A DNA stretch of 64,000 nt from Candidatus Hadarchaeota archaeon (GCA_964384105.1 CAYLJV010000004.1:32001-96000); one strand, 5' to 3'. Positions 19,006-29,222 are shown, numbered from the stretch's first letter. A program made the numbers and translations. The notes: generated by a model not told the origin, from the sequence alone.

Positions 19006-19236
19006 TCATGCTCCCGCCGGTGAATTTCTTCTCTTGAGAATCGAATTTTACAACACCGGCGGTATGTGCCCCTGGGATTTCTCAACTCCTTGTTTGCACA
19101 GCTAGGGGCACTGGGGCTGGGCGTGCCGGTGGGCTCTGCTTCGGTCGGCTACCGACTGTTTGTTTTGCAACCTGCCCGCGAAAGGGTAACATCCCCGGCC
19201 CCTTAATCTCACTATCTCGAACTCATAATTAGAATT
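19006..19236 (+). ncRNA. unrecognised structured RNA motif, copy 1
   Basis: Stems 19014-22/19054-62, 19066-75/19102-11, 19113-21/19194-202, 19128-33/19171-76; G-U pairs favour the + strand; homologous to 52864-53138(-). Confidence 0.7.
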
Positions 19237-19321
19237 AAAATGGTTTTCGGTTGACTAAAAAATCCTATACGAAACTTCCGGACTTATGGAAGTATTAATA
19301 ATTCTATAATGAAAGAATAAG

Positions 19322-19711
19322 TTGGTCTTAATGAATATTATTAATCTATTTCATATCCATAGGAAGTATATCTTCAAGCACTACTTCGATGAAAGTAACC
19401 TGTTTAGAGATTTACGTGATTACTACGACAGATCGGAATACAGGTTCGAAGTGGACGAGGACGAAGTAGATTACGTTGTCGAGAAACTCGAAGAATATGG
19501 ATACAGAGCCCATATCGTTGAAAGAAATGAGATATCGGACTACACTTTGATTATAGGCAGATACGATAAACAGGGAGACCTACTGAAAAACTCCGTGGAA
19601 GTCATTGAACTCGGAGACGAGAAGGCTCTAGTTATGAAGAGCAGGGTCGCAAAAGAAGAAGCCATGGACCGAGGAAGAGAGCCGAACGAAAAATGGAAAG
19701 CACGCCTCTGA
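19322..19711 (+). CDS. conserved archaeal hypothetical protein
   Basis: YIFKHYFD...LRDYYD..EYRFEV pattern reminiscent of a haloarchaeal uncharacterised family. Confidence 0.7.
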   Translation: MVLMNIINLFHIHRKYIFKHYFDESNLFRDLRDYYDRSEYRFEVDEDEVDYVVEKLEEYGYRAHIVERNEISDYTLIIGRYDKQGDLLKNSVEVIELGDEKALVMKSRVAKEEAMDRGREPNEKWKARL

Positions 19712-19932
19712 AAGTTCAAAAAAACTATAAAAAACAAATCCTTTTCAACAGTGTTTCGAGAGCTTTTACTGAAAAGAAAAATTTGCTACTTTGGTATTTT
19801 CACTAGGAGTTTAAAATCAAATACTTTCTTAACAAGCTGTTAATTTTAATTTTGTATTAACATACTTTTATTAACGTTAACAAATCATTTAAACCACAAA
19901 AAGTTAAAAACCCAAACAAAGGAGAAACAAAA

Positions 19933-21405
19933 ATGTTTTCGTCAAAAATACCCAGATGTATGTCCACTCAACATCCGGACAATGCAAATCAGCCGATCTT
20001 TGCGAGCGACCCAGAAACGCTAAGAGATAAGGATGAGATTCTTGAAGCGTTCTTTGCCTACTCGGAGCTTAAATGTGATGAACAGATGTGGGATATAGAG
20101 GGAAAAGAAGCGAGTAGGTCAGTTGTTAGAGAACTACTTGAAGCACATCCTGATTTTTTCAAGGAAAACAAATTAGGGGAGGATCTTAGACTTACCGTTA
20201 GAATACCTAATCCAGAATACGAAAAAGTAGAACAAAAGGCAATACTCGAAATACTCGAGAACATACCGCGTTCTTATGATACTGCTAAGGTATTTTATGA
20301 TGATGGAACCGCGCCCATATACGAAGTTATCTTACCAATGACTACTTCTTCGAGGAGTTTAGAGAGGATATACCACTATTATCAAGGATATGTGTCGGGA
20401 AAGAAAGGTCATAGACCCTTCGACAAATCAATAGAAGAATGGGTAGGGGAAATAAAGCCCGATCGCGTGAATGTCATACCCTTAATAGAAGAAATGGATT
20501 ACATGTTGGAAGCTCACAACATAATCAGAGATTTTTTAGAGGAAAAGGAGATTGAGAGCCAAAGAGTTTTTCTTGCTAGGTCCGATCCAGCTCTGAATTA
20601 TGGATTGATCTCGGCAGTTTTGATAAACAAAATTGCATTAAGTAAGCTACAGAAGCTGGAAGAAAACGTTTCTACGAAGATATACCCGATACTCGGTGCC
20701 GGCTCGGCTCCGTTTAGGGGGAATTTATCTCCAGATCGAGTTGAGAATACTCTGGCAGAATACCCCTTCGTTCAGACATTTACAATACAGTCTGCTTTCA
20801 AATATGATTATCCGAAAGAAAAATCTTCAAAAGCCATAGAGATGATAAAAAATGCTAAAAGAAAAAGTATTGATCCGATGGATGAAAGAAAGTGCCTTTC
20901 ATTAATAGAGAAGGCAAAGGGGGACTATAGAAAAAAAGTATTGAGTCTAGCTTCGACTGTTAATAAACTATCTGAATACGTACCTTCGAGAAGATCAAGA
21001 AAACTTCATGTTGGATTATTCGGTTACTCTCGAGGGATAAATGGCGAGAATAAAAGTTTTAAACTCCCTAGGGCGATTAAATTCACTGCATCTTTATATT
21101 CTATAGGAGTCCCTCCTGAGATAATAGGGTTTAGTGCACTTTCTGAGAAAGATGTTGAATTTCTTGTGGATGAAGCTTATAAGAAAATTCTGACTGACCT
21201 TAAAGATGCAGCGCAATACTACAATGAAGATGTAGTTAAAGAGTTTCCTTTTTTAAAAGAAGATATGAAAAAAGTTCAGGAATATGTCGATGTAGAAATT
21301 AATGAAGAACATAAGGAAATAACAAATCAGATTTTGAATCAGGAAACGGATGATATGAAAGAAAAAATTCGACAGGCTGCAGAAATAAGGAAATTTTTAG
21401 GTTAA
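19933..21405 (+). CDS. ppcA: archaeal-type phosphoenolpyruvate carboxylase
   Basis: IPRCMSTQHPDN, FLARSDPALNYG, GAGSAPFRG, TIQSAFKYD, LPRAIKFTASLYSIG. Confidence 0.95.
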   Translation: MFSSKIPRCMSTQHPDNANQPIFASDPETLRDKDEILEAFFAYSELKCDEQMWDIEGKEASRSVVRELLEAHPDFFKENKLGEDLRLTVRIPNPEYEKVEQKAILEILENIPRSYDTAKVFYDDGTAPIYEVILPMTTSSRSLERIYHYYQGYVSGKKGHRPFDKSIEEWVGEIKPDRVNVIPLIEEMDYMLEAHNIIRDFLEEKEIESQRVFLARSDPALNYGLISAVLINKIALSKLQKLEENVSTKIYPILGAGSAPFRGNLSPDRVENTLAEYPFVQTFTIQSAFKYDYPKEKSSKAIEMIKNAKRKSIDPMDERKCLSLIEKAKGDYRKKVLSLASTVNKLSEYVPSRRSRKLHVGLFGYSRGINGENKSFKLPRAIKFTASLYSIGVPPEIIGFSALSEKDVEFLVDEAYKKILTDLKDAAQYYNEDVVKEFPFLKEDMKKVQEYVDVEINEEHKEITNQILNQETDDMKEKIRQAAEIRKFLG

Positions 21406-21628
21406 GAATTTTGGTATCAGAGCATGCAGAAAGGTTAATTACTGATTCTTAATGTGGGCACTGGTTAATAACCGAAATTTTTTTCCCGTGGTTGTTTTCT
21501 AAAGTAATCTCAGCAGATTTTGATTATTGGAAATGGCACCAAGTAATATCTTATCGTAGCAAAAATAATAATTCTACTAAAAGATTTGAGTTACTTGGAT
21601 AAATCCCCAAGTTGACCAGACTTCGTAT

Positions 21629-21883
21629 CTAATGAACATTTTCCAAAGTAATTTCAATGCCGTGGATGTTCTTCTCGTATATCTCTTCGGATTTTTTTAC
21701 TCTTACGTAAGGAATTGTATCCGTCAACATTTTGACAATCTCCGATGTCTTGCCAGTTTTCTCACCAAGTCCTCTAATTCTCACTTCGTTAGAAAAAGTA
21801 AGTTTGAACAGGCAGGTGCTGGCGTACGTGTCGGCGTGTCTGTTACCGACTTTAACATTGCTTATATTTACATTTTTGATCAT
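21629..21883 (-). CDS. divergent Alba-family nucleic-acid-binding protein
   Basis: VKVGNR..TY...NEVRIRGLG....IEITL pattern, 84 aa; GGAGG SD. Confidence 0.7.
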   Translation of the reverse strand: MIKNVNISNVKVGNRHADTYASTCLFKLTFSNEVRIRGLGEKTGKTSEIVKMLTDTIPYVRVKKSEEIYEKNIHGIEITLENVH

Positions 21884-22307
21884 TATTATCTACCTCCTAA
21901 TTTTATCAAATTCTGAATCAAATCTCCAATAGAATTATTACCAAATTGAATGATTTTTCTAAGAACGTTCCAACGTTTTCTATAAATTTCCTGATTATTA
22001 CTATCGTGTTACACACCCTTAAGCTTTTAGTCTATTGTCGAATTAACTTGGAATAATAGTAGTAATAATAGACAAAAATAACCGTTTTCTTTAAATACAT
22101 ATACCAATTGTCGAATTTTTCCTGTTCAATATAATACCCGTCAGCTATTTCTCTGATTATGTTTTGACCGTTCTTTTTTGTTAGGCAATTTAAACAAACT
22201 TGAAAGTTTATTTTCACATCACGTGTTTTATCACAAAATCTCTTTTTCTGTATCTTTGATTTTGCACTTAATTTTAAGAATCTATAAATCGAATTTTTAA
22301 TTGAATT

Positions 22308-23006
22308 ATGAGCAAAAGTGCTGAGATAATTAAGGCTCCGGAGATGAAAGAGGGGAAGGGTGCTAAGGTCAAGAGGGCCTTCCCTAACAGAGAAGTATCT
22401 CAAGTAAATCCTTTTATTCTTCTCGATGAATTCTTCGTAGAACCGCCAGCTGGCTTTCCAGAACATCCTCACAGCGGGTTCGAGGCGATAACTTACATGC
22501 TTGAAGGAGCTTTCGAGCACGAGGACAATAGCGGGGCAACTGGGAGAATAGAAACTGGTGAAGTACAGCATATGATCACGGGGTCAGGAATAAGACATTC
22601 CGAGTTTCCCGGGACTAATGGACTTAATCATGGACTTCAGCTTTGGATAGATTTACCGGACGAACTTAAGGATATGAGCCCCCAGTATTCGAGCTTTAAG
22701 AGAAATGAAATTCCGATAGAGAAAACGGAGAGCGTTACCATAAGAACGATTATTGGAGAGGGTTCACCTGTCGAAGTTCACACACCTGTTCAATATATCT
22801 ATGTCACTGTGAAGCAGGGGGGAGAATTTTCTTGGAAGATAAAAGAGGGATACAACGGATTTCTTTATTGCGTTTCTGGTAATGGTACATATGAGCAGGA
22901 TATCGACTTTGATGGGGGTACTTTATTGCTTTTCGAGAGAAGGCAGATTAAAATTAGATCAAATACCGAGATGGAGTTTGCTGTAATATCTGGAGAGCCT
23001 CTTTAG
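22308..23006 (+). CDS. pirin family protein (C-terminally short)
   Basis: PFILLDEF, GFPEHPHSGFE, GSGIRHSE, LQLWIDLP. Confidence 0.88.
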   Translation: MSKSAEIIKAPEMKEGKGAKVKRAFPNREVSQVNPFILLDEFFVEPPAGFPEHPHSGFEAITYMLEGAFEHEDNSGATGRIETGEVQHMITGSGIRHSEFPGTNGLNHGLQLWIDLPDELKDMSPQYSSFKRNEIPIEKTESVTIRTIIGEGSPVEVHTPVQYIYVTVKQGGEFSWKIKEGYNGFLYCVSGNGTYEQDIDFDGGTLLLFERRQIKIRSNTEMEFAVISGEPL

Positions 23007-23076
23007 ATTTCAGATTTCTTAGTAAGAATTAATAAAATAGAATAGAAGTATTTTTTTCTTTTTGAGCAGTTCCTTG

Positions 23077-23256
23077 TTACTTTTTTATTTCTAGGTTTAT
23101 CTTTTTCCAGTTTTCTCCGATCTTCTCTTTTTCGGCAGTACTTTCCTTCTCTTCTTGAAGATTGGATACCGCGCATGTGAGGACTGAAGTAAGTATTTCT
23201 CGAACAAACTTATTCATGACGATCTTTCGATTGTCTACTTCAAGTTTAATATCCAA
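23077..23256 (-). CDS. 59-aa protein resembling the C-terminal domain of MobB (not in ORF track)
   Basis: GGGGGTGA SD then TTG; MDIKLEVDNRKIVMNKFVREILTSVLTCAVSNL...KINLEIKK. Confidence 0.6.
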   Translation of the reverse strand: MDIKLEVDNRKIVMNKFVREILTSVLTCAVSNLQEEKESTAEKEKIGENWKKINLEIKK

Positions 23257-23427
23257 ATTTTCACCCCCGCATTATTACTATTAACTTTCTTTGATTCTTT
23301 AAACCAATGTGTGGTAAAAGTGAATACAGCTCTGAACTAAAACTCAATTCATTTATTTCTATTTCCAATTTCTTTAGAAGAAAAAAATAAACTTAAAGAA
23401 AGAGAGTTTTGAACAGGATGTGATATT

Positions 23428-23742
23428 TTGCCGAAAGTAAAAATTACCGTTCTTAAAAAGACCACGGAAGAAGACCTTTTCGAAGAATACGCTCACGAAA
23501 ATTGCGAAAGAATTTGTAGTAGATTCGATGTGGGTGAAGAGTTTGTAGTTGAAGGAGAAGGACTGTCTGTTCCCGAGGATTTTTGCCCTTATGCGTGGGA
23601 TTCTATTTCGAGCCATATCAAGGCATTGATTCTAGGTGGTAACTTTGGCCTGTGGGAATGGACTAAGGATGAAAAAACCGCAGTAGTATGTTGTCCGGAC
23701 GGGTTGAAGCCAGTGTTTTTTAAACTAGAGCCGGTTGAGTAG
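23428..23742 (+). CDS. TIGR04076 family protein
   Basis: KVKITVLK, FCPYAW, CCPDGLKPVFFKLE. Confidence 0.85.
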   Translation: MPKVKITVLKKTTEEDLFEEYAHENCERICSRFDVGEEFVVEGEGLSVPEDFCPYAWDSISSHIKALILGGNFGLWEWTKDEKTAVVCCPDGLKPVFFKLEPVE

Positions 23743-23847
23743 GTTGGTTTGCGAGTAAGAGGTCTTCATCTGTACGAATAGTAAGGACTAATTATTCTAC
23801 TACTTTTTAATAAAAATAGTGCGTGATATTTAACCTAGGGGGATTGG

Positions 23848-24204
23848 ATGGAATATACGACTAAGACTATGCTTCCTCCAGAAGTGAATAAATTCTCTAT
23901 TTCAGAGAGTTCTTTTAGAAGGATTTTGGAGGAGAATCTTGGAGGAGAGATAGAATCTATAGACGTGGATGGGGATGAGGTGGATATAAAGATATCCGGT
24001 TCTTTTTTGAAGAAGATTCTAGGAGAGAGATACGAGAAGAAAATCGGTGGCGTAGAGGTTGACGGTGGAGAAGTGGATATAAGGTTACAAAAACCTCGTG
24101 AAGAATTGGAGGATGAAGATGAAGAAGAGACCGAAGAGAAGACTGAGGATGAAAACGGGGAGGAAGAGAAAAGTAAAAACAAGAGGTCAATATTCTCCAT
24201 TTAG
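23848..24204 (+). CDS. hypothetical protein with internal repeat and acidic tail
   Basis: Repeated unit DVDGDEVDIKI / EVDGGEVDIRL; GGGGA SD. Confidence 0.6.
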   Translation: MEYTTKTMLPPEVNKFSISESSFRRILEENLGGEIESIDVDGDEVDIKISGSFLKKILGERYEKKIGGVEVDGGEVDIRLQKPREELEDEDEEETEEKTEDENGEEEKSKNKRSIFSI

Positions 24205-24314
24205 AGTAAAAGTTAACTTTATCCATCTTTTTTGAGTGTAATTGTTTTTAGAATATTGAAAAAGAAAGATTTTTAGTTTTTAGAGGTTTTCAGTATTTTG
24301 GGGGAGGTGAAAAG

Positions 24315-24776
24315 ATGAAGATTTTGAGCCCTACATTTGATGATGGTGGAAAGATTCCATCCAAGTACACCTGTGACGGTGCTGATATTTCTCCTAGGCT
24401 GGACATTTCCCAAGTTCCTCCGGACGCTAAAAGCTTAGCTGTGGTAGTTGACGACCCGGATGCGCCTGGAGGTGTTTTTGACCACTGGGTTATCTGGAAT
24501 ATCCGCGCGGATATTGACACTATTCCTGAGGAAGTTCCAAAAAAAGAAGTCGTAGATTCCCTTGGTGGAGCTTTGCAGGGTAAGAACGATTTTGGTAGTA
24601 TTGGCTACAGAGGTCCGTGTCCTCCAGGAGGTCCGGCTCACAGGTACAGATTCAAGGCTTATGCCCTTGACGAAAAATTAGACTTGGACTCCGAAGTGTT
24701 GAAGAAAGATTTGGAAAAAGAGATGGAAGGACACGTTCTTTCAAAAGACGAAATAGTAGGAAAATATAGTCGTTAA
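24315..24776 (+). CDS. YbhB/YbcL (PEBP) family protein
   Basis: YTCDGADISP, DDPDAP, HWVIWNI, YRGPCPP, HRYRF. Confidence 0.93.
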   Translation: MKILSPTFDDGGKIPSKYTCDGADISPRLDISQVPPDAKSLAVVVDDPDAPGGVFDHWVIWNIRADIDTIPEEVPKKEVVDSLGGALQGKNDFGSIGYRGPCPPGGPAHRYRFKAYALDEKLDLDSEVLKKDLEKEMEGHVLSKDEIVGKYSR

Positions 24777-24804
24777 ATTCTCAGTTAATTGTATCTATCG
24801 AGAT

Positions 24805-26760
24805 TTACTCGGTTATTATCATTCCTGGCCCAGGGGGTAGAATCCTCATTAATTCGTCAATATCTACCTTCTTGCCTGTTTTTTCTTCTATTTCTTCTTT
24901 GAGTTCCTTAGCGAGTTCACTTTTCTTTGTTGGACCTGGTTTTAATTTAGCCAGTATTTCGGAACGAGCACTTATCGCCGATATTGGGCCACACATAAGA
25001 ACATCGTTTCCATTATCCTCTTTGAATAAGCCTATTTCAACTTCTACAGGAACGGTTAGATAATTTCTTTCTCCTTTTATCATGTAGCTCCCCTGGGGGA
25101 GATATTCTCCTGCAGGTGTCTCTTTGGTTACTTGTTCAGGTTTTGCCCAGTAAACATCTGCGTTTGCTAGACCCTTTTTCCATGCTCTAGAGTACGCTGC
25201 TGCTAGCTTCGCCGCTTCCCCTATGGTGCTTTCGGGAATCTTTTTGTTTTCACTTTTTATTACCGTATGAGGCGCCCCTTCCAAATCCGCATGGAGGTAT
25301 AGGTCCTGGGATTCCATGTGTTTTTCTACGACTTCTTGATTCGTTTTTTTGTCCCGTCCCGCTATTATCAAAAATCCGTCCGAGGAGTAACACCATCTGT
25401 ATTTTTCATACCACATTCTCTTCCGTGTCTTTTTTGGAGCCGGTTTTTCGGGGATTTCTATCTCTTCCTCTTTCAATTCTTCGATTTCTCTCAGAGTTTT
25501 TTCTCTCGCTTTTTTAGCTCCTTCAATCTTACTTTTCGAACGTTTGTATTCTTTGTAGAATTTGGCTGCATTTTCAAACGATGATAATCTTATATCTATC
25601 TTGACCGATACTTCCGGAAAGTTGATTGTAACTTCTCCTTTGTGGGGATCTACAGATTCGATCATGCTTGCCCATTTCTTACCTTCCTTTGATGCCTCTT
25701 GGATAATTTCGTCAATGTTTTCCCAGCCCTTTTCATTTCTAATCTTGTCTAGCTTTTCTAGAATTTCGTCAACAGTTTTATTACATGTTGAGATCTTATC
25801 GGCCTTTCTTTTGGTTTCCTTCTTTTTTTCTTTCATCTCTTGTATCTGGTTTTCCTGTTTTTCGAGCTTGGATTTTATTTTATTCAGTTTCTTTTCCAAT
25901 ATGCTTTCTTTCTTATCTTCTACTTTCTCTCTAGCAATTTTTTGAAAATATTTGTCTAGAGCTTCGTTAAAACTTTCAAAACTCTCGCTTTCTTGATCTT
26001 GTTGAGTTTCAAAGGGAAAAGGTAGTACTTGAATGGGTTCTTCATTTTCATATACGATTACTGGAGATTTCTTTCTTGTGAGAATATCCTTTATCACTTC
26101 GTGGATTTTTTCGTAATCTGATTTGGAGAGTTCATTAGGATCGGTTTCTTTTGATATGCCGGCTCTGGAGCATATTTCTTCGGAGAGATCTCCACCGATA
26201 TTGAGATTTCTGGCTAGTCCTCTTACGAGTTCTTTAGATTCTTTCAATACCTCTTCCAGTTCATTTATGGAAATAGAGGAGATATTTTTTCCTTTTTTAG
26301 GCGGTAAAGAATATTCCTGACCGGATTTTATCTCTCTGTGCTTCCAGCTTTTGGTCCGATACGGTTGTATTATTTTCCGGTCTTTATCACATAATATCAA
26401 GTTGCCGTCCCCAAAAAGCTCGGCAATTAAATAAAATGTTCCTTTTTTACTCTCAAACTTTAGGTTCACTATCCTTTCCATGTCAGGTTGGATGATATCG
26501 GTTAGTTTGGAGTTTTCCAAATATTTTCTCAACAGCATTGGGTAAGAAGGTGGATGAGTTGGAGTTTCATATTTCATCTCGGTTAGGTGTATCCGTTTTC
26601 CGGGTTCGATTATTAAATCAGTTCTACTTTCTCCAGATGGTTTGAATTTGAAGAGGAATACTCCGCCAATCTCGTAGATTTTTCCGGTCCAGGCTCCTAC
26701 AATTATCTCTAGCTCTTCTAGGCAATTCTTGATATCTAGTGCGGACATTGTGTTTTTCAA
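24805..26760 (-). CDS. rqcH: ribosome quality-control protein Rqc2/NFACT
   Basis: MLLRKYL, ELFGDGN, coiled coil, WYEKYRW, GRD..NQ, HAD..GAP, GEYLPQGSYMI. Confidence 0.9.
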   Translation of the reverse strand: MKNTMSALDIKNCLEELEIIVGAWTGKIYEIGGVFLFKFKPSGESRTDLIIEPGKRIHLTEMKYETPTHPPSYPMLLRKYLENSKLTDIIQPDMERIVNLKFESKKGTFYLIAELFGDGNLILCDKDRKIIQPYRTKSWKHREIKSGQEYSLPPKKGKNISSISINELEEVLKESKELVRGLARNLNIGGDLSEEICSRAGISKETDPNELSKSDYEKIHEVIKDILTRKKSPVIVYENEEPIQVLPFPFETQQDQESESFESFNEALDKYFQKIAREKVEDKKESILEKKLNKIKSKLEKQENQIQEMKEKKKETKRKADKISTCNKTVDEILEKLDKIRNEKGWENIDEIIQEASKEGKKWASMIESVDPHKGEVTINFPEVSVKIDIRLSSFENAAKFYKEYKRSKSKIEGAKKAREKTLREIEELKEEEIEIPEKPAPKKTRKRMWYEKYRWCYSSDGFLIIAGRDKKTNQEVVEKHMESQDLYLHADLEGAPHTVIKSENKKIPESTIGEAAKLAAAYSRAWKKGLANADVYWAKPEQVTKETPAGEYLPQGSYMIKGERNYLTVPVEVEIGLFKEDNGNDVLMCGPISAISARSEILAKLKPGPTKKSELAKELKEEIEEKTGKKVDIDELMRILPPGPGMIITE

Positions 26761-26855
26761 GTATTATCACCTTTTGGAATTTTTTCAAGATTTAATAAAA
26801 CCATCATTAGTATAAATAAAAAATGGGATAAAATGGGTCTCTGAAAGTTTGTAAA

Positions 26856-27962
26856 TTACTTTCTAGCCACGAGGACAATGTCTTTTTTGCTCTGTTGGTG
26901 TTCTACATTTGTAACTATTTTCGCTACTTCATCGTCCGTGATGTCTATTACATAGATCACTTGTAAGTCGTAATCAGCTATATTTGCGTCGTCTCGAGCT
27001 GCTTCTATGACACTTTTAGCCCAATCTTCCCACTCAGAATTAGCTTCTTCAAATCCGGCTTTTGAGGCCTTTATTTCTTCCCATACATCTGTTGAAAATC
27101 TATGGGTTGCTCCATCCTGGTTATAGCTCCATGCAATCGAGGAAATGACATCTTTTGGATATATTATTTTTAATACCTCAGCGTTTTGCACTCTCTGAAT
27201 CAGAGTTTTGTTTTCTGGATCGTATTCATAAACGTCAACTCTGGATCCTTCTTCAAGAGTAGGTGTCTTTTGAAATTCATTTATGATTGGAACCATATAG
27301 GAATTTGGAGCTCGGAACTTTGCTTCCTTTAAAACTTCCCAATTTTTGTTCAATACGAAACTTCTTGCTTCGGATTTAGCATAATGAATCTCATAGAGTG
27401 GACTGTCCTGTCTCACCATAACCACATAGTTTTCGTAGATGGTACCTATTTGAGATAGATGTATGCTCCGCCATTCGGAATTCAATTTATCATTTAGCTC
27501 GGTCTCAGCTGCAGTTAGTGCATTTAGACTAGTTGCTGAATTTATTTGCTTTTTTAGGCTTTGATTGAGCTCTTCAAGCTCATAAAAATGCCCTTGGGTT
27601 GCTTTTTCTATCTGAGTGATAAGTTCCTTGCGTTTTTTCTCGATTTCATAAGAAGAGTTGATCTCGTTTACTATCGAGGCAACTTCACCTTTCGAATCAG
27701 CGGCTTGTATCTGTGCTAGATATTCTCTTGTCTTAGCTTGAGATTCTTCAGTTTTGACTTGGGCCAATGTTTTGGCTAAAGTATTGGTTGCAGAGTCTTT
27801 GGCCTCTTGCAGTTCTTCCCTTTCAGCTTTTACAAAACCGAAGTAATAGACTCCATATCCAACTGCACCAATTATGGCTAGTACGACAACAACTCCAACC
27901 ACTACCGAAGAATCGACTTTTCCTTCTTGATTAATACGTTTCACGCTCCAGTAACCAAACAT
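26856..27962 (-). CDS. DUF515-like pilus-associated membrane-anchored protein
   Basis: N-terminal TM, coiled coil, beta-rich C-terminus; divergent from the pilin operon as in Epd-type loci. Confidence 0.6.
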   Translation of the reverse strand: MFGYWSVKRINQEGKVDSSVVVGVVVVLAIIGAVGYGVYYFGFVKAEREELQEAKDSATNTLAKTLAQVKTEESQAKTREYLAQIQAADSKGEVASIVNEINSSYEIEKKRKELITQIEKATQGHFYELEELNQSLKKQINSATSLNALTAAETELNDKLNSEWRSIHLSQIGTIYENYVVMVRQDSPLYEIHYAKSEARSFVLNKNWEVLKEAKFRAPNSYMVPIINEFQKTPTLEEGSRVDVYEYDPENKTLIQRVQNAEVLKIIYPKDVISSIAWSYNQDGATHRFSTDVWEEIKASKAGFEEANSEWEDWAKSVIEAARDDANIADYDLQVIYVIDITDDEVAKIVTNVEHQQSKKDIVLVARK

Positions 27963-28173
27963 AATAGTGAGCTATTCATATATAAGCTAAAGCTTTTTTC
28001 GTACTATTAGTGCTAACTAAAGGTCGGATTGACAATCAGAAGGTTTTTTTTTCTCCCATTAAGGATGAGAGGTCCAATTGGATTGAGAGAATTATTTAGC
28101 GATTGAATGGTAGCCTTATAAGTAAAAGGTGTCGATAATAGTATAATAGAAGATGTTAGAAAATTACTAATTA

Positions 28174-28683
28174 TTGATAAGGGGAAAATATTTGAATAAA
28201 GGACAGTTTAGTATAGAATTTATATTTGTTTTGGCAGCTTTACTTGCGGTCCTAGTTAGTGTATCGATTCCACTTTATAGGAGTTCTAGAGAATCCACAG
28301 AGGAAATTACGGATACTTTGGAGGCTCGAAAAGCGTTAAATAGTATCTCACAGGGTCTCAACTCCACGTATTCTGGATTTTCTGGAAATAAGAAAAAGGC
28401 CGTTTACTGGTTGCCGAAAAACGTCGATAATATCTATGGAAACGCTGTCGATAACCATTTTGTTGTGAAACTAGCTCTAGATAGTGGAGATAACACTGTT
28501 ACCTTGTCGTCCGATACGATTTTACCTGGTTACTGGGAGAATAGAATTGATTTAGAGAATATTACGATTGAATCCGATAATCGAGTTCTTCATGAAACTG
28601 TTTTTGAGCTAACTGAAAATAATGAAAGCCCGGGTATTGACCATATGATAAATATTTATGATAGTATATTGGAGAGGGAATGA
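28174..28683 (+). CDS. class III signal peptide pilin-like protein
   Basis: KG/QFSIEF followed by a hydrophobic stretch (QxSxE motif). Confidence 0.85.
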   Translation: MIRGKYLNKGQFSIEFIFVLAALLAVLVSVSIPLYRSSRESTEEITDTLEARKALNSISQGLNSTYSGFSGNKKKAVYWLPKNVDNIYGNAVDNHFVVKLALDSGDNTVTLSSDTILPGYWENRIDLENITIESDNRVLHETVFELTENNESPGIDHMINIYDSILERE

Positions 28684-29155
28684 ATTGAAAGGACAATCCT
28701 CAGTAGAATTCTTGCTTGTTGTCGCGGTTATACTATTGGTCTTAACCACTTTTACTGTAACCCAGATGTTCAATCCGAGTCAAAACGCTACTCAGGAAGT
28801 AACCTCTGCTAGTTTGGCCAACTCTGTGGCTGACCGGATTGCGAATGCTATCAATGGGGTTAGTTCAGGAGGGGAGGGTACGGTCGATTCTGTGGGAGTT
28901 TCCCTAACAGATAAGTGGTCTTTGCGAGTCGAAAGGGATAACCAGGTGTTGAAGATCGGAGTTAAAACGGGAAAGTCAGTTACTTGGTTGGAGAGTGAGT
29001 TGATTTATGCATTTAACGCGGAATTAGTCGATATACCTTCTGGAGAGTACATAGTGATTGTTGAAAAAGGAGGAGATGAAGGGATATCCAGGTCGAATAA
29101 TCGAATATTCATAAACGTTAATCCATCCTCCGGTGGAGGAAGGTGGAAATATTGA
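28658..29155 (+). CDS. class III signal peptide pilin-like protein
   Basis: KG/QSSVEF plus hydrophobic stretch; true start likely TTG near 28685. Confidence 0.85.
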   Translation: MIVYWRGNELKGQSSVEFLLVVAVILLVLTTFTVTQMFNPSQNATQEVTSASLANSVADRIANAINGVSSGGEGTVDSVGVSLTDKWSLRVERDNQVLKIGVKTGKSVTWLESELIYAFNAELVDIPSGEYIVIVEKGGDEGISRSNNRIFINVNPSSGGGRWKY

Positions 29156-29222
29156 CAATAATTATCATGACGGGTCTGTTAATCTGCTTGAACCGTATTT
29201 GTAATCTGTTATCAATTCAGTT

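Noticed and set aside
19008-19037. Leader peptide from the conserved ATG (MLPPVNFFS)
   Set aside because: Length and frame differ in copy 2, so conservation is at the nucleotide level.
19066-19111. HDV-like ribozyme reading of the P2 domain
   Set aside because: No consistent P1, P1.1 or P4 could be built in both copies.
19006-19202. Resemblance of the duplicated RNA to FMN (ACCGGCGGT, GCCCGCGA) or ykkC (ACACCGG..AAAAG.CCCG) riboswitches
   Set aside because: The remaining conserved cores are missing, the ykkC-like words occur in only one copy, and copy 2 has no downstream gene.
22032-22571. 179-aa minus-strand ORF
   Set aside because: Antisense to pirin and its AT-rich promoter, with implausible composition.
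23004-23045. Genome-wide amber (pyrrolysine) read-through
   Set aside because: Sequence after the pirin TAG does not restore the missing motif, and many complete genes end in TAG.
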